A DNA stretch of 63,947 nucleotides, counting the filler, from Ministeria vibrans ATCC 50519 (lineage: Eukaryota; Protista; Filasterea): assembly GCA_943704425.1 (NCBI GenBank). It is 7 parts of 7 records of this genome, joined end to end, with 100 filler letters (N's around TTAATTAATTAA, not from the genome) between each part and the next. Parts side by side here need not be neighbours in the genome. Positions count along the whole stretch, not along the records: positions 50,231 to 62,726 come from CALSCP010002016.1; positions 62,827 to 63,947 come from CALSCP010001669.1; 5 more parts are not named here. One strand, written 5' to 3'. The position numbers were made by a program, and so were the translations under genes. Under the pieces are notes generated by a model, which was given only the letters and a program-made list of their open reading frames with translations, made no database searches and was not told the origin of the DNA. Positions 50,402 through 63,365 of the stretch are shown here, piece after piece. Numbering within the stretch: position 1 is the stretch's first letter; every line of letters starts with the position of its first letter.

Positions 50402-51454
50402 GTGACTTTGAGCCTCTTGCGCGTGCTCTGGCCGCAGCCCCAGGCTCCCGTCGATTTCGGGTTATTGCAGTGGACGTGCCTGGCCGTGGCCGCAGCGAGT
50501 GGCTCTCTGATGCAAACTTGTACTCGTACACGACTTACCCGGTGATGCTGGGGCAAGTTTTGGACGTAAACAAACACACGAACAACACGACGAAGACTAA
50601 GACGAAGGCCTTTCAACCCGTGTGTTTCTTGAGTAGCATGTCAACCCCGAGAAGCAACCGTTCAGCTGGATTGGCACATCCATGGGCGGCATCATTGGGC
50701 TGACCCTCTCGCCCTATGTGCCTCACATGCGAACGCTGATTCTCAACGACATTGGGCCGTATTTGTACAAGGATCCTATCAACGGCATTGTTGACAAAGT
50801 GAAATTGATGAGCTCAGTGCGATTCAGCGGTCTCGACGAAGCAGCGACATTCTTTAAAACGAACTACGCGGCAGTGGGCAAGGACGTTACAGAGGAGCAG
50901 TGGTTAGGAATGGCCCGTCATTCAACAATGCCAGACGGTGAAAAGACACTCAAGGTATGAGGGGAGGGGGAGGAAATATGAAACAGAGAGAAACAAAAAA
51001 GTGATCGAGAGAGACAAGGGATAGGGTCTACTTCTTTAATCTGCATCTCGTTCTAAAACTCTCAATGTCGCACTTGTGTGTGTGCCTTTCTTAATTTAGC
51101 TTGCGTTTGATCCAGCTATTGCCGTTGGGCATAAGATGCAAGAGTACTTGAAAGACGACATTGACTTGTGGGAGTCACTGTGGGAGAAGGTCACCACCAA
51201 GAACGTAAGAGGATAGTTTTATAGAGGATGCGCAAGCAAGTGAAACTTTGAAATTTTAGATTCTGATTGTGCGTGGAGTGGAATCAGAGGTTCTTCCATC
51301 GAATCTGGCAAATGAAATGCTGACACGAAGGACAGGAGGGGAAGGGCCAGAGCAGAGACGGCTGTATGTGGTGCCCAACGCGGGACATGCACCTGGGCTG
51401 ATGGGCCCTGTCGATGCCAGTGTCATCTGTGCCTTTATCAAGAGTGTAGTCTGA
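50402..51454 (+). CDS. Alpha/beta hydrolase of proteobacterial type, 5'-truncated
   Basis: DFEPLARAL..VDVPGRGRSEWL, nucleophile elbow WIGTSMGG, LILNDIGP, FDPAI, IVRGVESEVL, AGHAP; 4 exons visible. Confidence 0.88.
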
Positions 51455-51653
51455 ATTGTGTACGCAGTTTGGTTTGTTCGATTGTGAATGCCTTTGTCAT
51501 TGGTAAACTCATATTTTTTTTGGTTCTGATTGTGTGGTGGGAGTGCACTTTGAGACGTGCTTTCCTCTTGTCGATGTTTTCAATTGATGAGAGTCAGAAA
51601 AAAGGGAATTTAGTACATGTTTTAAAAAGAAGGGAGGGAAGATCGATTGGTGG

Positions 51654-53641
51654 TTAGCGACGACCAATGCCCTTTGAGGGAGGTTGCTTGGTGACTTCGG
51701 CCTGCTCCACGGCATGGACAAAGATCTGGTTAGGAGTCTGCGTGGGGTTGTATGACTGGTGGCCACGCGACCAGTCGTAGCTGAATGGGAACACAAGCGT
51801 GAGTGAGTGAGAAAGAACACAGAAACAGTAAGATGGGTGAGATCACAGTGAAAACAGAGTGCGTGGGTGGGTCCACGACGAGAATACGGTACGCATTTGG
51901 GTGAGATCAATGAGCACAAGAGAAAAAAACGAGAGGGGGCAAATTAAACAAACTAACTCACAATAATAAAATTCATACAGAGTTGACTCGCATAAATTAT
52001 TAAAGATTGGTACCTGACAGCATAGGCAAAGCCAGTGCCACTCGAGTTGAATGCACTGGCACTGATGCTTGTGTGCTTCTGAGGGAACGTCTTGAGGCGC
52101 TGCTTCTCCTCCTTGTCCCAATAGCAGAAGGTCCCGTCAGCCCCACAGGTCGCAAACGTACCATTGGGATGGAAACAGATGTTGTTGACAGCGAACACGC
52201 GTGTTTCGCTCACTCGATGGCACTTAAACGAGAAGTCCTTCCTATACAGGCACACAGGCACACACGCACATCAATGATGAACACTGGCCATCCCACATAT
52301 GCTTTGTCGTACTTTTGTGAGCCCTGTGCGACATGGTTGATGGCCACACGACCCTCAATGGAGCCCATCGCGAATCCATCTTTGGTGGGGAAACACGTGA
52401 TGCACCGCGTCTGTTGTTTTAGAGTGGAATCCATTGACTAAGTAAGATACACACATACAGACACAAGTGCGAAAGAAGAGCGAAAGAAGAGAAATGAGCA
52501 ACACGCACTCTTTATCTTCTCTTTCTCTCTCACTTTAAAGGGTGTGGAGGGATTGCGAAGGTCAAACACGTGGATGCCTCGGTTCGCCATTGCAACAACG
52601 GCCATTTCATCACTGCAGCAAATAAAAGCAGTGAGTAACTCTTTTGTCTATTTCGTCGCACAGCTTTTTTTTGTCTTACATCGCATCTGCGGCGTACACT
52701 CGTTCGTTTAGCGGCACTTGCAATGCCATTGTAGAGGATCTCTGGTCCCAGTACTGCACATGAAAGCAAACAAACAACATGGTTTCATTTCTGCTGCTGA
52801 CTCGACCGTTCCTTCGTACTCTGACCGTCTTGTCCCAGCTTGCGCTCATGACAAGATTGAAATTGGGCAGATGTCGCACCACTTTGACAGGAGCATCATG
52901 CTAAGTCAAAAAAAAAAAAAAAAAACAAAAACACGCAGTGGTGGTGTCAATAAACAAACTGAGCAAAGAAGAAGGGATTTCACCTGTCCGACAGGAATGC
53001 CCTGGCTCGTTTCCAAGTCCCAGCCGCGCACCGTCTTGTCGCAGCCAGCGCTGTACACGTGCTTTCCATCGTTCATCCAACACACATCGAGCACAGGCAT
53101 GGTGTGATCAAACATGGCTACACAAGAGACAAAAAAAAAAAAAGAGAGGGAGGGGGTTTGTACGTGTGAGGAGAGACAAACGAAATGTGACGTGCCATGT
53201 ACCTTTGCCAACAGACCCTTGCGACGTGATGTCGTACACCCGCACACTGTTATCCCACGAGCCACACAGCAGATGGTTTGCACCGGCAATGGGCGTGAAC
53301 TTGAGCGACGAGATGCCGTCCGTGGGCGGATCAGAGACCTACAGGTGAAGCAGAAGGAGAGAGAGAGAGAGAGAGTCAGAGGAAAAAAAAAAGACGAGCA
53401 GCGACGTTTTCAGCGTTGTGTGTCTTTTCTCGCAATTCTCCTGCATCCAAGGGGCGACGATATTGACCCATAGAGTGGTTGGAGGGCTCTTGCAACACTC
53501 CCGCCCACAAACACCCTCATCCTGAGCTGTGGTTGGCGCAACAGAAATCCAAGCACAACTTTCGACGGAAATACACGAGAGAACAGCCATTTTGGTGACG
53601 CGCCGCGAGCTTACCAGCAGGTCATTGCTTGCAGCAGCCAT
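51654..53641 (-). CDS. RAE1: mRNA export factor Rae1/Gle2 (WD40)
   Basis: PPTDGISSL, GSWDNSVR, SASWDKT, STLKQQTRC, GSIEGRVAI, FSFKCHR, FATCGADG..WDK, SYDWSRGH. Bub3 is the paralog, but YDWS.GH favours Rae1. Confidence 0.9.
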
Positions 53642-53736
53642 TTGAACGAACAACACACAAGTAAAAGAAATAAAGAATGACGAATTTTCAATTAATCAAT
53701 TTTGATTTTCGAATAAATATATTATTCTGAAACGAT

Positions 53737-54667
53737 TTATAACAGTGCGCCAAGCTGGTCGACCGAGGTGGCTAGAAGCACACGTGTCACATTCTGGTCG
53801 TACTGCAATTCAAGTGCGCCTTTCAAGCCTCGGCAGAAGAAGGTCGAGCCAAACAAAATGACTTTGGTCATCTGAGCTTCAGCGCATTGCGTCGCGACAA
53901 CCGACATGGTAGGATCAACATACTCTTCGCCGCACAAGATCACCTTGACGTGCGGATTGGCGCGCACACGGTCGGTGATTGTGGGATGATTGATCGGTGC
54001 AATCACCCGAAATCTCACAATAGGTGATGAATATTTCAGCGCCTCCACAAGCTCCAAAGGCTTCTTTTCTGCATCGAAAACCACTGCGTACTGCTGCTAC
54101 ACAAAAGAAGGGCAATCAGTCCGGTCAACAAGTGTGCTGCAGATGGGTCCGCGCGTTGTGTTCGTCTGCAACCACAGCAGCTTCNNNNNNNNNNAAAAAA
54201 AAAAAGAGAGAGAGATCAGAAGAGAGACTGTTGAGATAAGGAGTTTACTGCGTTTGCGTCCACTGCGGCTGGAACGCGGCTGCGCTTGGGAGATCTCTCA
54301 TGGGGATAGTCGACGCCGTGCTCCTGACAGAAGAAGACAGAAGGACACATGCGTTGGGGCTCAGTTGCAGATGGGGTTGATTGAAAACGACTTTCTTAGT
54401 TGATGGATATTATTATCTTACGATAATACGTTTCATCGGTGACGGGCTGGGCTGTCTCTCGCCCCGAGCAGCAAAAGCACAGCCTGCTGCAGACTGCTCG
54501 GCGTCCACCTTCCTGGGGCCGGTGCCGGTGAATTCACCCCACGGGACAGTCACTGTTGATTTCCACACCGGCGTATGGTCTGCCCCTTCAGGATTTCGGT
54601 CTGTGCCGTACACCGGGGCACACATGTGCACCTTTACACAGTACTCTTGCAATTCATTTTTACTCAT
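53737..54667 (-). CDS. dsRNA-binding-motif protein with C-terminal degenerate NYN/PIN-like domain
   Basis: dsRBD KNELQEYC..PVY..DHTPVWKSTV..GTGPRKVDAEQSAA; exons about 54667-54423, 54324-54250, 54096-53737; C-domain AVVFDAEK..EYVD..VILFGS. Confidence 0.75.
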
Positions 54668-54969
54668 CGTGTGAACTGTGGGAAAAGATAAAAATTTGTG
54701 AAAACTAAAATTCAATTTATTTATCCAAATGACCTTTCCAGAAATGATCAGGACTTTTAAAAAAGACATGCTGACTGCTTATAAGTGGCGTGAGACAGCC
54801 GTGACTCGACAGTTGAGTGAGTTGACACCACTGACACGAGGAGGGTGTGCGAGTTCCTGGCTCCAAAATTTCGGAGGGAGAGAAAAAGCAATAATAATAT
54901 TATTATTATAACCTCCTTCTTGTATTCCTGGTATCATAAAAAATGGGTTGTATTCTTCTTCTACTTATT

Positions 54970-56289
54970 CTAATCTCTCAAGTGATCAGCAACAAAGGTG
55001 GCATCATCAACCATACCACAAAGATTGGCAGACATGAGAGAACGCAACCAAGGGTGACCCACAAAGAAGAGGCCGGGGCAGTCGGGCACAGTGCACTCGA
55101 GGGGACGCCCGAGCTTGCCAAAGTGCTCTTCTTTCACGTGTGGCACGTCGAGCCAGGAGAAGTCTGCGTCCCAGCCAGTTGCCCAGACCACAGTGTGAAT
55201 GTTGTTGGCAGCTAGATCAAGTTGTGATGGAGATGGGTACACCGTGTCGCTCCCTTGCCACTCGGGCTCAGGCACAAACGGCGGGAAGGCGTCATCGCCC
55301 CCATGCGCCGTAACGTACTCTTCCACCGCGCCAACGAGCCCATCATACGACTGCTTTGCGTGCGCCAGGTTCACGGCGAGCGACTCGCTGTCCACCTCGA
55401 CAACCCCTTGGTCCGTCGTGCCCGTCAGTCGCCCCAGCAGCGTCACACCCTGACGCGCCAGCGAATGGTGCGACACGGCGTGGTCGTTCCCAGTGATGGG
55501 CAGCGCATTGTAGCGCGCCGACTGGTCCGGCATGGATTTCGAGGGCATTGTAAGCATGCCCATTCGTTCGAACCACTCGAAGATATCCGCTTGACGATGC
55601 ATGCGAAAGCAACCGGCAACTTTGCTTGTCGCCCACCACACTTTGTGCTTTGCTCCGTTCACCAGATCCTCAACAAGCTGGATTCCCGCCTGCGCACCCC
55701 CCACAACAAGCACACCGCCTCCATCTTGCACATCCTCTGGACTGGTGTATGTGCCAATGCCCAGCTGAGTGATGCTTCCTACGCGATGAGTTCAAGCTCG
55801 CCCGTCCTGTTGTGCCGCACATCTCACACACGACCTACCTGGCAATTGAGCGGCCCATTCGGGTGTTTTCGGCGTCTGAAAGTCGCCGACACAGCTGACA
55901 ACGTTCCGAGCGGTGTAGCGCACCTCCTCGCCCGTGTCAGCGCACTTGGCGACAATCTCAAACACATCGGCAACTTTGCGGACCGACACAACATTGACGT
56001 GTTCGCGAATGGGCAGCGCTTGCGCCGCAATCGCCCGATCCCAACGCTCGAGCGTGTCGGCCAGGGTCATTCCCGGCATATCGCCGTGGAATTCGCCCAG
56101 GAGGTCGCCAAACAAGGCGTTCAACTTGGTCGGCGTGTTCATCTTGAACGCCGCCCAGCGCCGCGAACGCCACTGCTGCAAGGTGCGGCCTTTCTCAAGG
56201 ACAACATGGCTCACGTTGCGTTGCGATAGAACGCCCGACATACAAAGTCCGGCGTGTCCCGCACCGACAATGACGGTGTTGACAAGCAT
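54970..56289 (-). CDS. Flavin-dependent oxidoreductase/monooxygenase of bacterial CzcO/MSMEG_0569 type
   Basis: VIVGAGHAGL, WRSRRW..MNTP, VLVVGGAQAGIQLVEDL, VVWATGW, GLFFVGHPWL; one intron ~55779-55838. Confidence 0.88.
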
Positions 56290-56570
56290 CACAGAACAAT
56301 AATAATCATAACAATACGATAACAACAAGCATATCAACAATCATAACTAATAATAATAATTATTATTATTAGTATTATAATTATAATTATAATTATAAAT
56401 CGTGATCCGCACCGACAATGACGGTGTTGACATTTGACAAGCATCACAGAAGAATCATAATCATAATGACAATCATCACAATATTAAAAATTCAAGTTAC
56501 ACGAGGTATTTTTTTTACTGTCTCTGAAAAGATAATATGTCTCTCCTGTCACACCACACATCTCAATGAA

Positions 56571-58277
56571 TCATTCTTGGTACTCCTTGTAGCGCATCGT
56601 CTCGGGGTCGAAGCCAGGCATGGGGAAGGTCTTGGCAAACGCCTCGACGTCGGCACGGAGAGTCGTGACTGCCTCGTTGGCAGCCAAGGCTTTCTTGAAG
56701 TCGACGAGCTTGGGCCCTGACGCCTTCTGGACGTCCAGCGCAATGGCAACGGCACGGTCGAGGAACTCAGCGACCTTGTCGAAGTCGGCGGCGCCAAAGC
56801 CACGGCTGGTGAGGGAGCCCGAGCCGAGACGCACACCGCCGGGGTTCATCGCTGACTTGTCGCCCTGCACGCTGTTCTTGTTGACGCTAATCTTGGCGGC
56901 GTCGCACACTGCCTCGACCTTACTGCCCGTCACGCCCTTGTCCTTGAGATCCCACAGCAGCGTGTGGTTGTCCGTGCCACCCGTGACCAGCTTATACCCC
57001 TTGGCAACAAGAGCAGCGCCCAGTGAACGCGCGTTGTCGCGCACCTGCGTCGCGTACGCGATGAACTCGGGCGATGCGGCCTGCTTCATGGCGACGGCCA
57101 CGGCCGCAATGGCGTGGTTGTGGGGGCCACCCTGGTTGCCCGGGAAGATGGAGAAGTTGATGCGCGCCTCGAGGTCGTTGAGGGGCGCGCCGGCGGGCGC
57201 ACGGCGGAAGAAGACGACACCCGCACGGGGTCCGCGCAGCGTCTTGTGCGTCGTCGTCGTGACAACGTCGCACAGCTCAAAGGGAGTGTTGACGACGCCG
57301 GCCGCGACCAGACCCGAAATGTGCGCCATGTCCATCATAAGGTAGGCACCGTGCTCGTCGGCAATCTTGCGCATGCGCGCGTAGTCCCATTCGCGCACGT
57401 AGGCCGAGCCGCCCGCAATGAGAACATTGGGGCGGAACAGACGGGCGTTCTCCTCGAGGCGGTCGTAGTCAATGAGACCCGTCTCCTGGTCCAGCTGGTA
57501 GGCCATCGACTCGAAGAAAATGGACGTGGCGCTGATCTTGCGCTTGGCCGTGCGGTAGCCATGCGTCAGATGGCCCCCAGAGGGCAGGTCCAGCCCCATG
57601 ATGCGGTCATGAGGCTTCAGAAGCGCCGCGAGCGTCGCCCAGTTGGCAGTCGAGCCCGAGTAGGGCTGCACGTTGACTCCCCACTTCTCGCTGTCGAGCT
57701 TGAATGCGGCGAGTGCGCGTGTGCGGCACAGGTTCTCAATCTGGTCAATGACCTCGTTGCCGCCGTAGTAGCGCGAGCCGGGAAGACCTACAAAAATGGA
57801 ACACTGTTGATCAGAGGAGATCGCTTCACGCCGTTGTGGGTTTACCTTCGGAGTATTTGTTGGTAAGACACGAGCCGTTGGCCTCAAAGACAGCGCGAGA
57901 AGTGAAGTTCTAGAAAGAGAAAAACCACGATCAGTCACAAAATTTTAATACCAATGTAGAATGAATAATAATCTTACCTCACTGGCGATCAACTCGAGTC
58001 CGCTCCACTGGCGGAACTTCTCCTTCTCAATCAGATCGTAAAGCTCGGGATCTTCCTCATCGAGGGGGCGGCGCATCATAGGGTCCTGGCAGAGAGTGAA
58101 AGTCAGATCGAGTGACAAAACATTTTTGTGCCCACACACACACACACACACCACACACGCCATTTCGAGCGGGCCACGTCGTATGCGCAACAGATAGCAC
58201 GCCATTTCGGCGGACACGCAACAGTCGCAAAATATTCCCGTTAATATGTCTGATTTGTGCGTTTCGATCAAATTGTG

Positions 58278-58312
<35 letters not shown>

Positions 58313-58523
58313 CTGAGTCTTCTTTTCAGCCACGAAAACTCTTCTAGGTGCTCAGGCGCCCCCCCGAGCCCGGGTGGATGTCACCCACCAAGCACGGCTG
58401 CGACTCGGCCCGCAGCAGCAGCGCAAGAGGGCCGTATAGGCGCGCTGTGCCCTGCGACACGTGAGGGCGCAAACAGACGCCAAATAGACGCCCATGCGCC
58501 AAGCTGCACACCGCGCTTACCAT
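56571..58523 (-). CDS. SHMT: Serine hydroxymethyltransferase (cytosolic type)
   Basis: [43 protein letters not shown]-lysine [12 protein letters not shown]; first coding exon is probably the ATG alone (58523-58521, then GTAAG), intron 58520-58086. Confidence 0.96.
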
Positions 58524-58671
58524 GGTTGAAGATGATATTTGGATAGTGCAAAAAAGGAGTACTAACTGGCGAAGATAAATCTGTTCGTTCTGTGCATGAT
58601 GAATAAAGATCAAAAGTCAGACTTCATTCACAAAAATCTCTTTTCAACCCACGCCAACAAGAGCACGTACC

Positions 58672-61215
58672 ATGTCGGGAGAAGGAAGTCGCCAATCGGG
58701 AATCGACGAGGGTGACGAGACGCTCGTCTTTGAGACAGTATGCGATTTTTTTTCTTGTGTCTCTTTTTGACGAATTTGCGTGTGGATTGCGTGCAATACT
58801 GCGCCTGTGATGTGTATGCTTGTCGTGTGAATGTGCCCATGCAACTCGGTGTGGTCGCTGGGAGAGGCGCACGACTCCCATTGCCCAAAATGAAACGTTT
58901 TTAAGGCGAACGGTGCGCTCCAGCGGCCTGCACGCCACCCCCCGCCGCCACGCACGCTGCCGGGATACCCCATGGATGAGTAGTGCTCGCCCGAGAGCCA
59001 GCGGCCCCTTCTGGCGTCGGCAATGGGGCACAAAATGTGGGAATGATGTTTGATCAGACGAAACGCCTGTCGTGTCGGCGCTCGTCGTCTGCGAAGCGCC
59101 ACGCGGAGCACTGCTCTGCCAGCCCCACGGTGGCTGCTGGCGAGTCGGCTGGGGTTGGTGTTGATAGGGTGGCGGAACGTTGTCTCACAGTTGTCGCATT
59201 AATATTATTATTCTTTTTTTCCTTCTTTGTGACTGTGTGCTGTTTTGTAGAGTGATGGAGTCGACGTGGTCAAGTCGTTTGACCAGCTTGGTCTGCGCGA
59301 GACGCTGGTGCGTGGCATCTTTGCGTATGGCTTTGAGAAGCCATCGGCGATTCAACAGCGCGCCATCAAGCCGATTCTGCGGGGACGCGACGTGATTGCG
59401 CAGGCACAGTCAGGCACGGGCAAGACGGCGACCATTGGCATTACGACGCTTCAGTGCGTCAACACACAGTTGCGTGAGACACAAGCGCTTGTGCTGAGCC
59501 CCACGCGAGAGCTCGCTCAACAAATCCAAAAGACAGTGCTGGCCCTTGGCAACTTTATGAGCATTCAGGTGAGCCAGAGAGTCTGTGTCACACAGAGTGT
59601 ATACAACTCACGGGAAGTAATAATTTGGATTAATATTTATTGTTTGTCATTATGATGTAGTGCCACGCGTCGATTGGCGGCACATCGGTGGGCGAAGACA
59701 TCAAGAAGCTTGACTACGGTCAGCACATTGTGTCGGGCACGCCGGGCCGTGTGTACGACATGATCAAGCGCCGCAACCTGCGCACGCGCTCCATCAAGAT
59801 GCTCGTGCTCGACGAGGCCGACGAGATGCTCTCGCGCGGCTTCAAGGAGCAGATTTACAATGTGTACCGCTACTTGCCCCCCGCCACGCAGGTTGTCCTG
59901 CTCAGTGCCACTCTTCCTCATGATGTCCTTGAAGTACGCAAACAACAAAGTTATAGAAAGGAGGGAGCAAGAAACAAAGTGATAGTAGTGAGAGAGAGTG
60001 GGGGAGTGGAGTGAAAAAAAAAAAAAAAACAAAAACAAAGTGATTGTGAGTGTGAGAGAGAGGAGGGAGAAAGAAACCAAGTGAGAGTCTGACTTTCTAT
60101 CCATCGTGTAGATGACAACCAAGTTCATGACGGACCCCATTCGAATTCTGGTCAAGCGCGATGAGCTGACGCTGGAAGGGATCAAGCAGTTCTTTGTCGC
60201 AGTGGACAAGGAAGAGTGGAAGTTTGACACACTGTGCGATCTGTACGATACGCTCATTATCACGCAGGCGGTCATCTTTTGCAACACAAAGCGCAAGGTC
60301 GACTGGCTGGCGGAGAAGATGGCCGAGGCCAACTTCACCATCTCATCAATGGTACTGCGCTGATTGGGTGTGCGAGTGTCAGTGAATGTGTGTCTGTGTG
60401 TCTCATTGTGAATATTTTCAGTGTGGTACTGAAAGTCAGCAGGATGTTTGACTGATGGCTGTCGCATTGTTCTCTTTGCATAACATATCACACAACACTC
60501 ACTCTCTTATATGATCTTAGCATGGTGATATGCCGCAAAAGGAGCGTGATGAGATTATGAGTGAGTTCCGTGCCGGTAAATCGCGTGTGCTCATCACGAC
60601 GGACGTGTGGGCGCGTGGCATTGATGTCCAGCAGGTCTCTCTTGTCATTAACTACGGTACACCATATTAATACTAATAATGTTTCCCTATTGGGTCTATC
60701 TTCTCTTGACTGTTTTGTTGCGTTGGTGAATTGTTTCTTTTGATACTCTTTTTTTTTTTTTCTTTTGTAGACCTTCCTAACAGTCGTGAGCTCTATCTCC
60801 ATCGTATTGGCCGTTCTGGCCGGTTCGGGCGCAAAGGCGGTATGTGACTTTGGCAAACGTTTATTATAATTAATCATTTTTTTTGTTTTGTTGCTACTCA
60901 ATGACTGACACGTCTTCTCTTTTTTTATTTCAGTCGCCATTTCGTTTGTGTGCACTGATGACATTCGCATTCTGCGTGACATTGAACAGGTCAGTTACCT
61001 TGATGATCTTTTTTATTTCTTCTTACCCTTCCCTCCTTTGTCTTTTCATCTGTTTCTGTCTGTTTTGTTTTGATGTTACTTGGTTTGTAGTACTATGCAA
61101 CGCAAATCGACGAGATGCCCATGAACGGTACACCCACTTTTGTTTTGTGCATCCCCCATTTCGTGTTTTGTTTTAAACCATTCTTTATTATTGTTTAGTG
61201 GCCGATCTTGTCTAA
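58672..61215 (+). CDS. EIF4A3: DEAD-box helicase eIF4A-III (exon junction complex core)
   Basis: [82 protein letters not shown]; about 9 exons. Confidence 0.96.
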
Positions 61216-61512
61216 GTTGGCACAGGAACCGACCTTCCACTCACCTCCACCTCTCTCTCCCACATTTTACCTTCTTTTTCTTGCAATACAAAAGTCAACA
61301 CTTACATAGCACAAAAATAGTTGGACCTGTCGCACCACTTGTCTCAACCTGTCTTTTCTCCATTTTTTTTAACACACTTCGCCTCCTGTAGCTCAAAAGC
61401 GGTTTGTGTGATTGCTATGTTGATCGTTTCAATCTAATTTCAATTTTTATTTCATCATTATTATTTTTCGCTTTGATCCGTTTGACATTAGTCTCCGGTA
61501 CAGTGTAGTGCA

Positions 61513-62633
61513 ATGGTACACGCACTCGTTGCCCTGACTGCGCTTCTGTCGGTGTGGACTGGCTGCGGTCGAGCGGCACAGTCGACGGCCGCTCTGAACG
61601 TGTTTAGCAACAGACTCCCCGAATTCCTGGGTCCCGCGCCTCGCGTGTTCACGCAGCCCGTCTCTATGACCATTGGCGGCGTTGAGGTCATGGTGGTGTA
61701 TGGGGGTCTGCAGAGTGACGTGTTCGACGATATGTTCTACTTTTTTTTCCTGACCAACACTTGGATTCGCGCTCTGTTTGACATCTCCGCGCCCTACCCA
61801 GGTCCACGCTATGCGTACGGCGCTGCCCCTATGAACGCCACGCACATCCTGTACTTTGGCGGCCTGAACGGGCGGCAGCAGACGCAATCGGATCTGTGGA
61901 CGTACAATATCGCAACGCATGTCTGGACGGAGATCCTGCCCATCGACACCAGTGGCACCTGGCCCACACAGGGTGGTACTACACGCGCCGCGGCACTGTT
62001 TGGTGGTGAAATCATCTACTTCACGGGCATGACACTCTATCCCTTCGTCTCGTTCAACACCACCTCGTTCACCTGGGGCACAGTGCCCCACCGCCCCTTT
62101 GGAACGCTTGCGTACACTCGCTCATGCATCACCACACTTGGGAACGACACCATTCTTTTGGTAGGTTCGAGTGCAGAGGCAGAGTCTAATGTCTACATGT
62201 ACTCTCCGCTGTTACCTGCCGACTCTGCGTGGTACGGCTTCTTTGACGCCGATCTTGCAGTTCCCTTCATGACGACCGTTGATGGTTGCAGTACCATGTT
62301 ACCAGCGGGCCATTTGCCGGACGAATCCGGAGTGGACAATATTCAAGGTGCCACTGTTCTTGTCTACTCCAGCTCCGTCTATGTGTCGACCATTCCCGCG
62401 GGCGCTGGCAATGTCATTGCCATTACTCTGCAAGGCCTTCAACTCTCCTGGAAGTTCGCCCTTGTCGTCACTCAGGCTCCCACACCTCTAAAGGCGACCG
62501 GTTACATTACAGATCAAACTGGATCGTTGATTCTCTTTGGTGGTGCCGTATCATTGGGCATTGAAAACGACGTCTACCGCATGACCTACTCGCAGAAGGA
62601 CAACTACGTCACCTGGTCCGACCTGGATCCAAG
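61513..62633 (+). CDS. Secreted/surface kelch-repeat protein, first exon, 3'-truncated
   Basis: Signal peptide; kelch motifs VVYGG..DDM, PGPRYAY..LYFGG..SDLWTYNIATHVW, LILFGG..NDVY. Confidence 0.75.
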
Positions 62634-62726
62634 GTAGCGCATTCAAAAGTGTGTGTGTGTGTGTGTGTGAGGGGGGGGCGAAATCGGCTTGTCAGACTCG
62701 TACGAAGACACCGGCGCGACGGACTC

Positions 62727-62826
62727 NNNNNNNNNNNNNNNNNNNNNNNNNNNNNNNNNNNNNNNNNNNNTTAATTAATTAANNNNNNNNNNNNNNNNNN
62801 NNNNNNNNNNNNNNNNNNNNNNNNNN
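62727..62826. other. Artificial contig linker
   Basis: N44-TTAATTAATTAA-N44. Confidence 0.98.
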
Positions 62827-62933
<107 letters not shown>

Positions 62934-62981
62934 TAAACTTTAAGCGGCACATTGCTCACTATGTTGCTCCATCTCTTTCAG

Positions 62982-63295
62982 TACAACCCGTACTATAGTC
63001 GCTCGTCTTGCTACACCTGCCCTGCAGGTCGCTACCGCGGTTCGACGAGCGCTAAGTCAATCAGCCAGTGTGCCTATTGCCCAACTGGTCGCTATCAGGG
63101 ATCAACTGGGCAGGCTTCCTGTGCCTATTGCCCCGCTGGTCGTTACGCTGCCGGGTACGGCTACTCGAGCTGCACTGTTTGCCCAACCGGCCGCTACAAC
63201 GCCCAAACAGGCTCTACATCTTCATCCTACTGGTAAGCAGCGCGGTGAAAAAAAAAGAACGAAGTACCAAATTATAATAATAATAGTTATTATAA

Positions 63296-63365
<70 letters not shown>

